Assembly: GCA_964574865.1 (NCBI GenBank)
Contig: CAZNOT010000001.1
Span: forward strand, 1 to 61,611
Source of the DNA: an uncultured Candidatus Saccharibacteria bacterium
Lineage (GTDB): Bacteria; Patescibacteriota; Minisyncoccia; Phycocordibacterales; JAACPR01
Reading direction: 5' to 3'
Length of the DNA: 61,611 nucleotides
Part shown: piece after piece, positions 1 to 7,656 of the stretch
Layout: the number at the start of each line of letters is the position of its first letter
Position numbering within the stretch: the stretch's first letter is position 1
The notes under the pieces: model-generated
Told to the model about the DNA's origin: nothing
The model's input: the letters and a program-made list of their open reading frames with translations, nothing else
Databases searched by the model: none
Made by a program: the position numbers and the translations under genes

Positions 1-114
1 ATCTCGCCCAGCAGCCCGATCCGCGCCGCGCTGGCCAGGGCGCGCGTCTCCGCGCTCCCTGGCCGCTCCTATTCTTCTTTCAAAAAACGGCGCCCTTCTT
101 CAAAGGGCCCGGGC

Positions 115-142
115 ATTATACGCAGGGTTCACCCCCCGTCAA
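115..142 (-). promoter_or_regulatory. sigma70-type promoter (TTGACG-N16-TATAAT) firing toward the left window edge
   Basis: The minus strand reads TTGACG (142-137), a 16-nt spacer, then TATAAT (120-115). Downstream there is no start codon, only GC-rich hairpins. The target lies beyond position 1. Confidence 0.45.
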
Positions 143-250
143 GCGCCGCGCGGGGATCGGGTTTATGGCAGAAAATCCTTGGAAAACAAGGCTCGGCCGC
201 CGTAGGCGGCCGAGCCTTCCCCTCCCAAATTTTTAATGCCCCAAAACCGT

Positions 251-279
251 AAAAGAAAAGCCCTCCCGGTTCGGGAGGG
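251..279 (-). terminator. intrinsic terminator hairpin after the 289..513 ORF
   Basis: On the minus strand, the stem CCCTCCC/GGGAGGG with loop GAACC is followed by CTTTTCTTTT. Confidence 0.6.
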
Positions 280-288
280 CGGCGCGCT

Positions 289-513
289 TCACGTGGCGGT
301 TTCGACGACCATTAGGCCGTCGTCGCCGTCGATCACCTTCGATCCGGTGCGCGTGTCGCAGCAGAGGTGCCGGAGCCGGTTTCGGCGGGCGCGAACCTCG
401 CGCCAGGTGGGCCTCGGCGCCGCCTCGGTTCCGACGAACACGACCGGCATGTTTCCTGGAATTTCTCCCTCGGCGATGTATCCGGGGCCACTGTCTCTGT
501 TTATTTGGTGCAT
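289..513 (-). CDS. small hypothetical protein (74 aa)
   Basis: The ORF is bracketed by hairpins, with its own terminator downstream and the secF-side hairpin upstream. Its composition is not the R/A/P-rich shadow type. No family was recognised. Confidence 0.4.
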   Translation of the reverse strand: MHQINRDSGPGYIAEGEIPGNMPVVFVGTEAAPRPTWREVRARRNRLRHLCCDTRTGSKVIDGDDGLMVVETAT

Positions 514-732
514 TGGATTCTTTTTTGGGTTCCTCTGAGAAAGAGCTTCAAAAGCCAGCTCCCCGGTGGGGAGCTGGCTTCATTTCGCAAAAAATTTGTG
601 ACCTGAAGCTAAATCCCCACCGCGGAGCGGCGATCGATGAGGGAAATCTTCGAGGAGAATAGGCGGCCTTTGGTCACGGGGTAAAGCGTAGCGCCGCCCG
701 GAGGGCGGCGCAATGAGCTCTTCCCCAGAAGC

Positions 733-1650
733 TTACTTCTTCTTGGCGGCGCGACGGCTCGCGAACTCCTGCCAGGTGACGAGCATCGGGGCGGCAAGGA
801 AGATCGATGAGTAGGTGCCGGAGACCACGCCGAGCACGAGGGCGAGGGCAAAAGCGCGGGTCACCTCCCCGCCGAAGATCGCGAGGGCGACGAGGGCGAT
901 CGCGGTCGTGGTCGAGGTGCCGATCGAGCGCCAGGCGGCCTCGCGCACCGAGCGTCCGGCGATCTCGTCGAAGCGCTCCAGGCGCTCGCGCTCCGAAGCC
1001 TTCCCCAGGTTCTCGCGGATGCGGTCGAAGATGACGATAGTGTCGTTGACCGAGTAGCCTAGGATCACGAGGAGCGCGGTCACGAAGAGCGCGTCGATCG
1101 GCGCGTCGAGGAATAGGCCGAAGGCGACGAAGGCGCCGGCCGTGATGACGATGTCGTGAATCAGCGCGGTGATGGTCACGACGCCGTACTTCCAGGACGG
1201 CACCGGCTCGGAGACCTGACGGAAAGCGAAGGCCACGAAGGCGGCAATCGATAGCGCCACGAGCAGGAACGCCCAGCCCATGCGCCCGGCGAGCTCGCGC
1301 CCGAACGAGGGGCCGATGGTGCTCTCCGAGACGACCGTGGACGAACCGTAGCCCGGGACGGTGAGGGCGGCGATCACCTTCCCGTGGTTCTCGGGCGTGA
1401 GCGGCGCGAGGCGCACCGAGAGGTTCTCGCCCGAGGCGCGGACGAGGATGTCCTCGGCGCCGGCCGCGGCGAGCGAGGCCGAGACGGCCTCGACGTCCGG
1501 CTTCGGGTCTAGGTAGCTAACCTCGACCGAGGTGCCGCCGGTGAACTCGACCGAGTAGCGGACCGGGAGCGCGAAGAACGCGTAGACGGAGGCTGCGCAG
1601 GCGAGCGCGGACAGGGCGTAGAAAAAGGCGCGGCGACGGATGATCCACAT
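733..1650 (-). CDS. secF: protein translocase subunit SecF
   Basis: The 305-aa protein has an N-terminal TM segment, the periplasmic FTGGTSVEV motif and a C-terminal 5-TM bundle (SVNDTIVIFDRIRE). It lies directly downstream of secD. Confidence 0.9.
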   Translation of the reverse strand: MWIIRRRAFFYALSALACAASVYAFFALPVRYSVEFTGGTSVEVSYLDPKPDVEAVSASLAAAGAEDILVRASGENLSVRLAPLTPENHGKVIAALTVPGYGSSTVVSESTIGPSFGRELAGRMGWAFLLVALSIAAFVAFAFRQVSEPVPSWKYGVVTITALIHDIVITAGAFVAFGLFLDAPIDALFVTALLVILGYSVNDTIVIFDRIRENLGKASERERLERFDEIAGRSVREAAWRSIGTSTTTAIALVALAIFGGEVTRAFALALVLGVVSGTYSSIFLAAPMLVTWQEFASRRAAKKK

Positions 1651-1652
1651 GG

Positions 1653-2963
1653 CTAGTTTTGATTCTGTTTAGCGCCGACAAGGACGCGGACCGCCTTGGG
1701 CGAGAGGCCGGAGAAGGCGCGCAGGAAGGCGCGCGAGGCGAAGATGGCCGAGAGGATGCTCGCGGCGACGCCAATCGCGAACACGAGGCAGAAGCCCTTC
1801 ACGAGCGCGGTGCCCGAGACGAGGTAGAGGACGGCGGCCGCGATGAGGCTCGAGAGGTTGCCGTCGCGGATAGACGGCCAGGCGCGGCGGAACCCCTCCT
1901 CGATGGCGGCCGGAAACGGCACGCCGGCGCGGAGCTCCTCCTTCATGCGCTCGAAGATGAGAATGTTGGCGTCGACGGCCATGCCGACCGAGAGCACGAG
2001 GGCCGCGATGCCGGCGGCGGTGAGCACGACGCCGAAGATCTTGAAGGAGGCCAGGACCAGCGCGACGTAGCCCACCAGCGCGACCGCGGCGATGAGCCCC
2101 GGCAGGCGGTAGAGCGCGATCATGAATACGGCGACCGCGGCGAGCGCGATGCCGAGCGCGACGACGCCGCGCTCGAGCGTGCCCTGGCCGAGCGAGGCGC
2201 CGACCGCCTGCGACTCGACGAGCGACACCTGCACCGGCAGCGCGCCGTAGTTGAGGTCGCGCGAGAGGCTCTTCGCCTCCTCGGCGGTGAAGCCGCCCGA
2301 AATCTGGGCGGTGCCGCCGGCAATTTCGTCGCGGATGACGGGGTCGGAAATCACAACGCCGTCGAGGACGATCGCCATGGCGCGGCCCACGTTCGCCTTC
2401 GTGATCGCGGCGAACTCGCGCGCGCCCTCCTCATCGAAGGTCACGGACACCATCGGCTCGCGGGTGGTCGGATCGAAGGTGAGCGCGGCGCGGGAGAGAT
2501 CGGCGCCGGTGAGGCCGGTCGCCTCGAAGTAGCGCGGGTCGGAGGACGCGACGGTGCCAGTGGCCGAGAACGCCTCGTCCTTCACGAGCTTGAACTCGAG
2601 CACCGGGGTCTTGCCGATGCGCGCGGCCGCCTCGGCCGGGTCGGTGACGCCGGGGAGCTCGACCACGAGGCGGTCGCGGGTCGCGGCGTCGCCGAAGGCC
2701 GATGAGAGCACGGCGACCGAAGGTTCGGAGACGCCGAACAGGTTCACGCGGCGCTCGACGACGTCGCGAAGCGAGGCCATCGCCGGAACAACGTCACCCG
2801 GCGGGAGCGCGGTCGTATCCGCCACGAAGGTGAGCCGCGTGCCGCCCGAGAGGTCGAGGCCGAACGAAAAATCGCGCCCGGCGGGAGCGTCCGGGGCAAC
2901 CACCCAGTACGAGAGGGCGGCGGTAACGGCGAAGGCGATGATGGCGGCGGCGCGTCGAGGCAT
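1653..2963 (-). CDS. secD: protein translocase subunit SecD
   Basis: The 436-aa protein has the GLDLSGGT motif and a C-terminal TM bundle containing DANILIFERMKEE. It is separated from secF by 2 nt. Confidence 0.9.
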   Translation of the reverse strand: MPRRAAAIIAFAVTAALSYWVVAPDAPAGRDFSFGLDLSGGTRLTFVADTTALPPGDVVPAMASLRDVVERRVNLFGVSEPSVAVLSSAFGDAATRDRLVVELPGVTDPAEAAARIGKTPVLEFKLVKDEAFSATGTVASSDPRYFEATGLTGADLSRAALTFDPTTREPMVSVTFDEEGAREFAAITKANVGRAMAIVLDGVVISDPVIRDEIAGGTAQISGGFTAEEAKSLSRDLNYGALPVQVSLVESQAVGASLGQGTLERGVVALGIALAAVAVFMIALYRLPGLIAAVALVGYVALVLASFKIFGVVLTAAGIAALVLSVGMAVDANILIFERMKEELRAGVPFPAAIEEGFRRAWPSIRDGNLSSLIAAAVLYLVSGTALVKGFCLVFAIGVAASILSAIFASRAFLRAFSGLSPKAVRVLVGAKQNQN

Positions 2964-3032
2964 TTGGCGAGGTAAAGGTGAGGTTAAAAACGAAAAAGTG
3001 GAGAGATTTGAACGGTTTTACAGACGCGCGGG

Positions 3033-3061
3033 ATGCTACACCTCAGGCCGCGAAGTAACAA
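3033..3061 (-). promoter_or_regulatory. candidate secD promoter (TTGTTA-N17-TAGCAT) embedded in an AT-rich repeat
   Basis: The minus strand reads TTGTTACTTCGC...TAGCAT. It has the same -35 block and spacing as the glyS-upstream copy at 34343-34371. Confidence 0.4.
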
Positions 3062-3140
3062 GTAACGGGTAAAAAGTAGCAGGTTCGGGCCGAAATCTCG
3101 GGACTCGCTGCCGGTTAATTCTTACCGGTCAATTCGCTCA
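3049..3140. repeat. AT-rich heptamer-periodic imperfect palindrome, copy A
   Basis: It aligns over about 90 nt with 34358-34448. The minus-sense arm reads CCTGCTAC|TTTTTAC|CCGTTAC|TTGTTAC|TTCGC. The element starts at the stop codon of the upstream gene. Confidence 0.7.
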
Positions 3141-4481
3141 GCGCCCCTCCCGCCGCACGAACGTCATAATCGTCCGTAGCGCCACCGACAGGTCGAGCCA
3201 CAGCGAGCGGTTCTTCACGTAGTAGAGGTCGTAGGAGAGCTTGTTGGCGGTCGCCGCGACGTCGACGCCGTGGTGCGGATGCTCGCCGTAAATCTGCGCC
3301 CAGCCAGAGAGCCCCGGCTTGATGAGGTGCCGCACGCCGTAGTACGGAATTTCGTCCCCGTAACGCTTAACCGCCGCCGGGAACTCGGGCCGCGGACCGA
3401 CGAGCGAGACGTCGCCCCGGAGCACGTTCCAGGCCTGCGGCAGCTCGTCAATTCGGCTGCGGCGCAAGAACGCGCCGACCTTCGTGACCCGGTTCTTGGC
3501 CCCCTCCTCCTTCCACTTTCCGTTATCATCGAAGAGCATGGTCGCAAACTTCACGAGCCGCACGGTGCGGCCTCCCTGCCCTACCCGGTCCTGGAACGAG
3601 AGGAACGGCACGCGGCCTTCGAACCGGCGCGCGGCCCACACGAGAGGCGCGAGCGCGAGCGCGACCAGGAGAATCGGCAGCGCGAGCGCCACGTCGAACG
3701 CGCGCTTCGCCACGTCGTAGAGCACGTGCGGCTTGGTGCGCACGTTCTCGAGGAACCAGCCGTGGGACACGAGCGAGAGCGGCACGCGGCCGAAGACCTC
3801 CTCGTACACCTCGTGGAGCGAGACGAACGAGACGCCCGAGAACATCAGGTTGTACAGGTGCGGCAGGAGCGGCGAGATCGCGTCGTCGTGCGTGTCGACG
3901 ATGACGGTCGAGGCGCCCTGCTCGTAGATCGGGCGCACGATGTCGGCCTGCGCGTCCAGAGACGGCGCCGAGTCGAGCGCGACCGAGTGCACCACCTGGT
4001 AGCCCAGGCCCCCGCGATTGATCGCGTCGCGCAGCTCCCGCATCTCCTCGCCGCGGCCGACCAGAACGACGCCCTCGGCGGCGCGGCGTGCGGCGGCGCG
4101 GCCGTAGAGTGCCCGCCAGCCGAGGAGCGCCGCGAACGCGCACGGCAGAAAAATCGCGAGCACCGTCTTGGGCGCGATGCCGAAGTACGGCACGAAGTAG
4201 AAAAAGGCGACCGCGACGAGGCTGTTCGTCGCGAGCGCGTAGAGCAGCGTCCGCGGCTCCGAGCGGCGACGCATCGAGGCGCGGCCGTCGTAGAGCCCGG
4301 CCACGAAGAAGACCACCAGCCACGCGGCCGAGAGGATTGCGAAGGGCACGAGGTGGCGCAGGTACTCCTCCCGCCCGGGAAGCGTGAAGGTCCGAAACGC
4401 GAGAGCTAGGTACAGGGCGGCCGCGATTGCGAACAGGTCTCCCAAGACCAGGCCGAGACGCCGAGTGCGGATGGTGGTCAT
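3138..4481 (-). CDS. polyprenyl-phosphate glycosyl-phosphotransferase (bacterial sugar transferase family, WbaP-like)
   Basis: The C-terminal domain has typical sugar-transferase motifs (KRAFDVALA..., DELPQAWNVLRGDVSLVGPRP, SGWAQI), preceded by TM helices. The start was moved to the internal ATG at 4481 (MTTIRT...) because the track's N-terminal extension runs into the divergent promoter region. Confidence 0.8.
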   Translation of the reverse strand: MTTIRTRRLGLVLGDLFAIAAALYLALAFRTFTLPGREEYLRHLVPFAILSAAWLVVFFVAGLYDGRASMRRRSEPRTLLYALATNSLVAVAFFYFVPYFGIAPKTVLAIFLPCAFAALLGWRALYGRAAARRAAEGVVLVGRGEEMRELRDAINRGGLGYQVVHSVALDSAPSLDAQADIVRPIYEQGASTVIVDTHDDAISPLLPHLYNLMFSGVSFVSLHEVYEEVFGRVPLSLVSHGWFLENVRTKPHVLYDVAKRAFDVALALPILLVALALAPLVWAARRFEGRVPFLSFQDRVGQGGRTVRLVKFATMLFDDNGKWKEEGAKNRVTKVGAFLRRSRIDELPQAWNVLRGDVSLVGPRPEFPAAVKRYGDEIPYYGVRHLIKPGLSGWAQIYGEHPHHGVDVAATANKLSYDLYYVKNRSLWLDLSVALRTIMTFVRREGR

Positions 4482-4602
4482 AGGGCCGATGCTACGTAAG
4501 GCGCGAGCCCGGGGCAAGGCCGGCTGCTTCCGGGAGCTGCGAGGGGGCTTTGCGGCGGCGGGCGGCCGCGGTAGCGTTCCGTAGCTCCTGGGCGCCACCG
4601 CT

Positions 4603-5760
4603 ATGAAGATCCTCCACCTCATCACCAAATCGAACTGGGGCGGCGCCCAGCGCTGCGTTCACAGCCTCGCGGCCGACGCGGCGGCCGTCGGTCTCGACGT
4701 GACCGTCGCCCTCGGCGGGAACGGCCCGCTCGCGGAAAAACTGACCGAGGCGGGGGTGCGCGTCATTTCGATCCCGTCGCTCGGGCGAGACATCGACGCC
4801 GGGAGCGATTTTTCGGCCGTTCGCGACATCTGGCGAATCCTCGGCGAAGAGCGCCCCGACGTGCTCCACCTCCACTCGTCGAAGGCTGGCGGCATCGGCG
4901 CGCTCCTGGGGCGACTGCGCCGCGTGCCGGCCATCATCTTCACCGCGCACGGCTGGGCGTTCAACGAGCCTCGCCCCGAGTGGCAGCGGCTCCTCATCCG
5001 CCTGCTCCACGCGGCGACGGTGCTCCTCGCGCACAAGACAATCGCGGTCGCTTCGTCAATCCCTCGGCAGCTCGGCTGGGGCGGCATTCTCGGCCGACGT
5101 TTCGTCCTAATTCCGAACGGCATCGACTTCCCCGAGCTCCTGTCCCGCGAAGCGGCCCGCGCGGCGATTGGCGCCCAGTCGCCCGCCGCAGCCGCAGTAT
5201 TCAGCCGCGAGAACGCGCCGGTAATCGGCGCTCTCGCCGAGCTGCACCGCATCAAAGGCCTCGACACGCTGATCGAAGCCGCCGCCGACCTTCGCCGCCG
5301 GCTCCCCGCCCTCGATTTCGGTATCGTAGTTCTCGGCGAGGGCGAGGAACGCGGCGCGCTCGAGTCCCTGATCGAAGCGCGGGGCCTCGGCGACCGCTTC
5401 GCGCTCGCCGGTTTCGTTCGGGACGCCCCCGAGCGCATCGGCGCTTTCGACGCTTTCGCGATACCGTCCCGCTCCGAGGCGATGCCGCTCGCGCTCCTCG
5501 AAGCCGGCGCGGCCGGCCTCGCCTGCGTCGCCTCACGCGTCGGCGGCATTCCCGACGTCATCGAGAACCTCGAGACCGGGTTGCTCGTCTCGCCCGAGCG
5601 CCCGCGCGAACTAGCCGAGGCGCTGCGTCGACTCATCGAGCACGCCGCGCTCCGAGAAAAGCTCGGCGCCGCGCTCCGGTCGCGCGTGACCGAACGCTTC
5701 TCGCGCCAGAAGATGTCCACAGCCACGCTCGACCTGTACCGGAGAGTCGCCGAACGCTAG
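4603..5760 (+). CDS. family 4 glycosyltransferase (GT-B, group 1)
   Basis: The 385-aa protein has the N-terminal GGAQR motif and the C-terminal EAMPLALLEAGAAGLACVASRVGGIPDVI (E-x7-E region). It is divergent from the sugar transferase. Confidence 0.8.
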   Translation: MKILHLITKSNWGGAQRCVHSLAADAAAVGLDVTVALGGNGPLAEKLTEAGVRVISIPSLGRDIDAGSDFSAVRDIWRILGEERPDVLHLHSSKAGGIGALLGRLRRVPAIIFTAHGWAFNEPRPEWQRLLIRLLHAATVLLAHKTIAVASSIPRQLGWGGILGRRFVLIPNGIDFPELLSREAARAAIGAQSPAAAAVFSRENAPVIGALAELHRIKGLDTLIEAAADLRRRLPALDFGIVVLGEGEERGALESLIEARGLGDRFALAGFVRDAPERIGAFDAFAIPSRSEAMPLALLEAGAAGLACVASRVGGIPDVIENLETGLLVSPERPRELAEALRRLIEHAALREKLGAALRSRVTERFSRQKMSTATLDLYRRVAER

Positions 5761-5776
5761 GTGTAAACTTGGCCAG

Positions 5777-6157
5777 GTGAACTCAGAAATTGTATTCGAG
5801 GGCGACGAGTTCACGCGCGGACAGATCCGCGCCGAGGAATCCGCGCTCGTAGCTAAATCATCTGTGACAGACTTTCTGCTGCGCAAGCGTATCGTGAACA
5901 GCGAGCGTCAGGCTCGCTGGGTCGCCGGATCGATCGCCGCTCTGTCTATCGCCCTAACCGCCGCCTCTGCCAACTGGGCCACCAACGCCCTCGGCGCGCC
6001 ACCCGCGGGTAAACCGTTCGCCGAAATGACAGCGGCGGAGCGCGCCGCGCTGCCCGCCAAGCACCGAGCCTACCTAGAGAAGCTGAGCCGGGCGGCGGCT
6101 GAGGCAAAAGAGGCCGAGATCCGCAACCGCTTCCGAAACACCGACGAACTCGAATGA
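5777..6157 (+). CDS. hypothetical single-pass membrane protein
   Basis: It has a GTG start, one hydrophobic segment (WVAGSIAALSIALTAASANWA), and a 4-nt ATGA overlap with the pilin-like gene. Confidence 0.45.
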   Translation: MNSEIVFEGDEFTRGQIRAEESALVAKSSVTDFLLRKRIVNSERQARWVAGSIAALSIALTAASANWATNALGAPPAGKPFAEMTAAERAALPAKHRAYLEKLSRAAAEAKEAEIRNRFRNTDELE

Positions 6158-7650
6158 CAGAGAGCGCCAAAAAGAGCCGCCGCGACAGGCCGAATTCCGG
6201 CTTCACGCTCGTCGAACTCCTGGTGGTAATCGCCATCATTGGCGTAGTCGCCTCAATCTCGATCATCGCGACGGTGACCTACCGCGAGAAGGCCCAAGCC
6301 GCGCGCGTGGCGCAAGAGGTCGCGAACTTCCAGAAGGCGGTGGCGGTGTACTACTCGGAGAACCAGAGGTACCCAGACCCAATTAACTCCAACTACGCAG
6401 AAGCCTGCTACCAGAGCGGCACGCTGGTGAACGGCACGCCGCAAAAGTGCTGCGTTAGCCAGGAGGGCTGCACTTACGCCGGTGAGGATTACGCCACGCT
6501 AGAAGGCGGAGACTTCGCCGCCGCCGCGCGCACGCCCCGGTGGCTCACGTACCTCATCGGCGAGACAGCCCACGCTATATTCGGCGGCTCCATGCCGAGC
6601 TTCCTCACCGAAGCGCCGGCCGTCGCTGGCTACAAGGGCGTCTTCTACGAGTGCGCGTCCGCGGCCTGCACGAACGCTTACGTGTACTTCTCGGTCCCCC
6701 TGACGCTCGACAGCTGCACGCGCGGCGTCGTCCACGGCGGAGGCGATTTCTTCGGCGTCTGCGCCCAGGACATCACCGGCGGCAACATTGACGGATCGTC
6801 GGGTAGCGGGGAGACGGAAAATTGCGCCAACACGATAGATGACGACGGCGACGGCGCGACGGACTGCGAGGACGCGGACTGCGACTCGCACCCCTCGTGC
6901 GCCGGCGGCGAAAACTGCTCAACCGCGGACGACGAAGACGGAGACGGCTTCGGCCAGTGCGACGATTCGAGCTGCTTCGGCAACGCCACGTACTGCGCGA
7001 CCGAGACCGCGAGTGGCGGCTCGTGCTCGGACGGCAACGACAGCGACGGCGACGGCGCGACGGACTGCGAGGACGCGGACTGCGACTCGCACCCCTCGTG
7101 CGCCGGCGGCGAAAACTGCGGCAACGACGCCGACGACGACGGCGACGGCGCGACGGACTGCGAGGACGCGGACTGCGCCGAGACCGAACGCTGCGCTGGC
7201 GTCGAGGTTTCCTGCAACGATTCGTCGGACAACGACGGCGACGGCGCGACGGACTGCGAGGACGCGGACTGCGCCGGATACCCGTCCTGCGCGCCGCCAG
7301 AAGACTGCGGCAACGGCGCCGACGACGACGGCGACGGCGCGACGGACTGCGAGGACGCGGACTGCGAGAGCGCCTCTGGTTACTGCGACTGCGCGTGCGA
7401 GACGAACGAGTGCGGGCCGGGCAGCGCCCCCTGCTACCCGGGAGGCGACCCAATGAGCTGCGAAGACGGGAATTACGACGATCCCTGCTACCCGAACGGC
7501 GACCCGATGAACTGCGGCGAAGACCTCACCTCACCTTGCGAAACGAACGATTGCTACATTTACAGCAATGACCCGTGCGAGACGAACGAGTGCGGGCCGG
7601 GCAGCGCCCCCTGCTACCCGGGAGGCGACCCAATGAGCTGCAGCTGCTAG
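6154..7650 (+). CDS. type IV pilin-like protein with C-terminal Cys/Asp-rich repeat modules
   Basis: The N-terminus has the prepilin cleavage/methylation signature (SGFTLVELLVVIAIIGVVASI). The C-terminal half is built of repeated NxDDDGDGATDCEDADC modules and two CETNECGPGSAPCYPGGDPMSC modules. Confidence 0.8.
   Translation: MTESAKKSRRDRPNSGFTLVELLVVIAIIGVVASISIIATVTYREKAQAARVAQEVANFQKAVAVYYSENQRYPDPINSNYAEACYQSGTLVNGTPQKCCVSQEGCTYAGEDYATLEGGDFAAAARTPRWLTYLIGETAHAIFGGSMPSFLTEAPAVAGYKGVFYECASAACTNAYVYFSVPLTLDSCTRGVVHGGGDFFGVCAQDITGGNIDGSSGSGETENCANTIDDDGDGATDCEDADCDSHPSCAGGENCSTADDEDGDGFGQCDDSSCFGNATYCATETASGGSCSDGNDSDGDGATDCEDADCDSHPSCAGGENCGNDADDDGDGATDCEDADCAETERCAGVEVSCNDSSDNDGDGATDCEDADCAGYPSCAPPEDCGNGADDDGDGATDCEDADCESASGYCDCACETNECGPGSAPCYPGGDPMSCEDGNYDDPCYPNGDPMNCGEDLTSPCETNDCYIYSNDPCETNECGPGSAPCYPGGDPMSCSC
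6844..7367 (+). repeat. five nucleotide-identical 40-nt copies (two extended to 75 nt) inside the pilin-like gene
   Basis: The sequence gacggcgacggcgcgacggactgcgaggacgcggactgcg starts at about 6844, 7045, 7138, 7234 and 7328. The copies at 6844-6918 and 7045-7119 are identical over 75 nt. Confidence 0.85.
7396..7641 (+). repeat. two identical 66-nt copies (7396-7461 and 7576-7641) at the 3' end of the pilin-like gene
   Basis: The sequence tgcgagacgaacgagtgcgggccgggcagcgccccctgctacccgggaggcgacccaatgagctgc occurs twice, 180 nt apart. Confidence 0.9.
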
Positions 7651-7656
7651 CCTGAC

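Noticed and set aside
236-606. Plus-strand ORFs 236-538 and 367-606 at the left end.
   Set aside because: They are R/S/P-rich with no RBS. They are antisense to the 289-513 minus-strand ORF, which is the one bracketed by terminator hairpins.
1659-2705. Many long ORFs antisense to, or out of frame with, recognised genes. Examples: 1659-2705(+), 3270-4409(+), 4659-5726(-), 6678-7313(-), 26133-27449(+), 27608-28924(+), 28925-30601(+), 34413-36167(+), 39448-41046(+), 42619-44502(+), 55190-56401(+), 57703-59190(+).
   Set aside because: Their products are monotonous R/A/G/P/E/D-rich strings with no motifs. Each overlaps a gene with clear family signatures on the other strand or in another frame. 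Such shadow ORFs are expected in high-GC DNA because stop codons are rare.
2990-3055. A tRNA-like fragment. The reverse complement contains ...GTAGCATCCCGCGCG...CCGTTCAAATCTCTCCAC, reminiscent of D-loop and T-loop sequences.
   Set aside because: No acceptor or T stems can be paired, and the total length is only about 50 nt. There is no cloverleaf. The TAGCAT is better explained as the -10 box of the secD promoter. No tRNA genes were found in the window.
6840-7650. A possible CRISPR-like array suggested by regularly spaced identical repeats.
   Set aside because: The repeats lie inside a continuous ORF, and they encode the Cys/Asp modules of the pilin-like protein. The spacings are irregular multiples of 3, and there are no cas genes.
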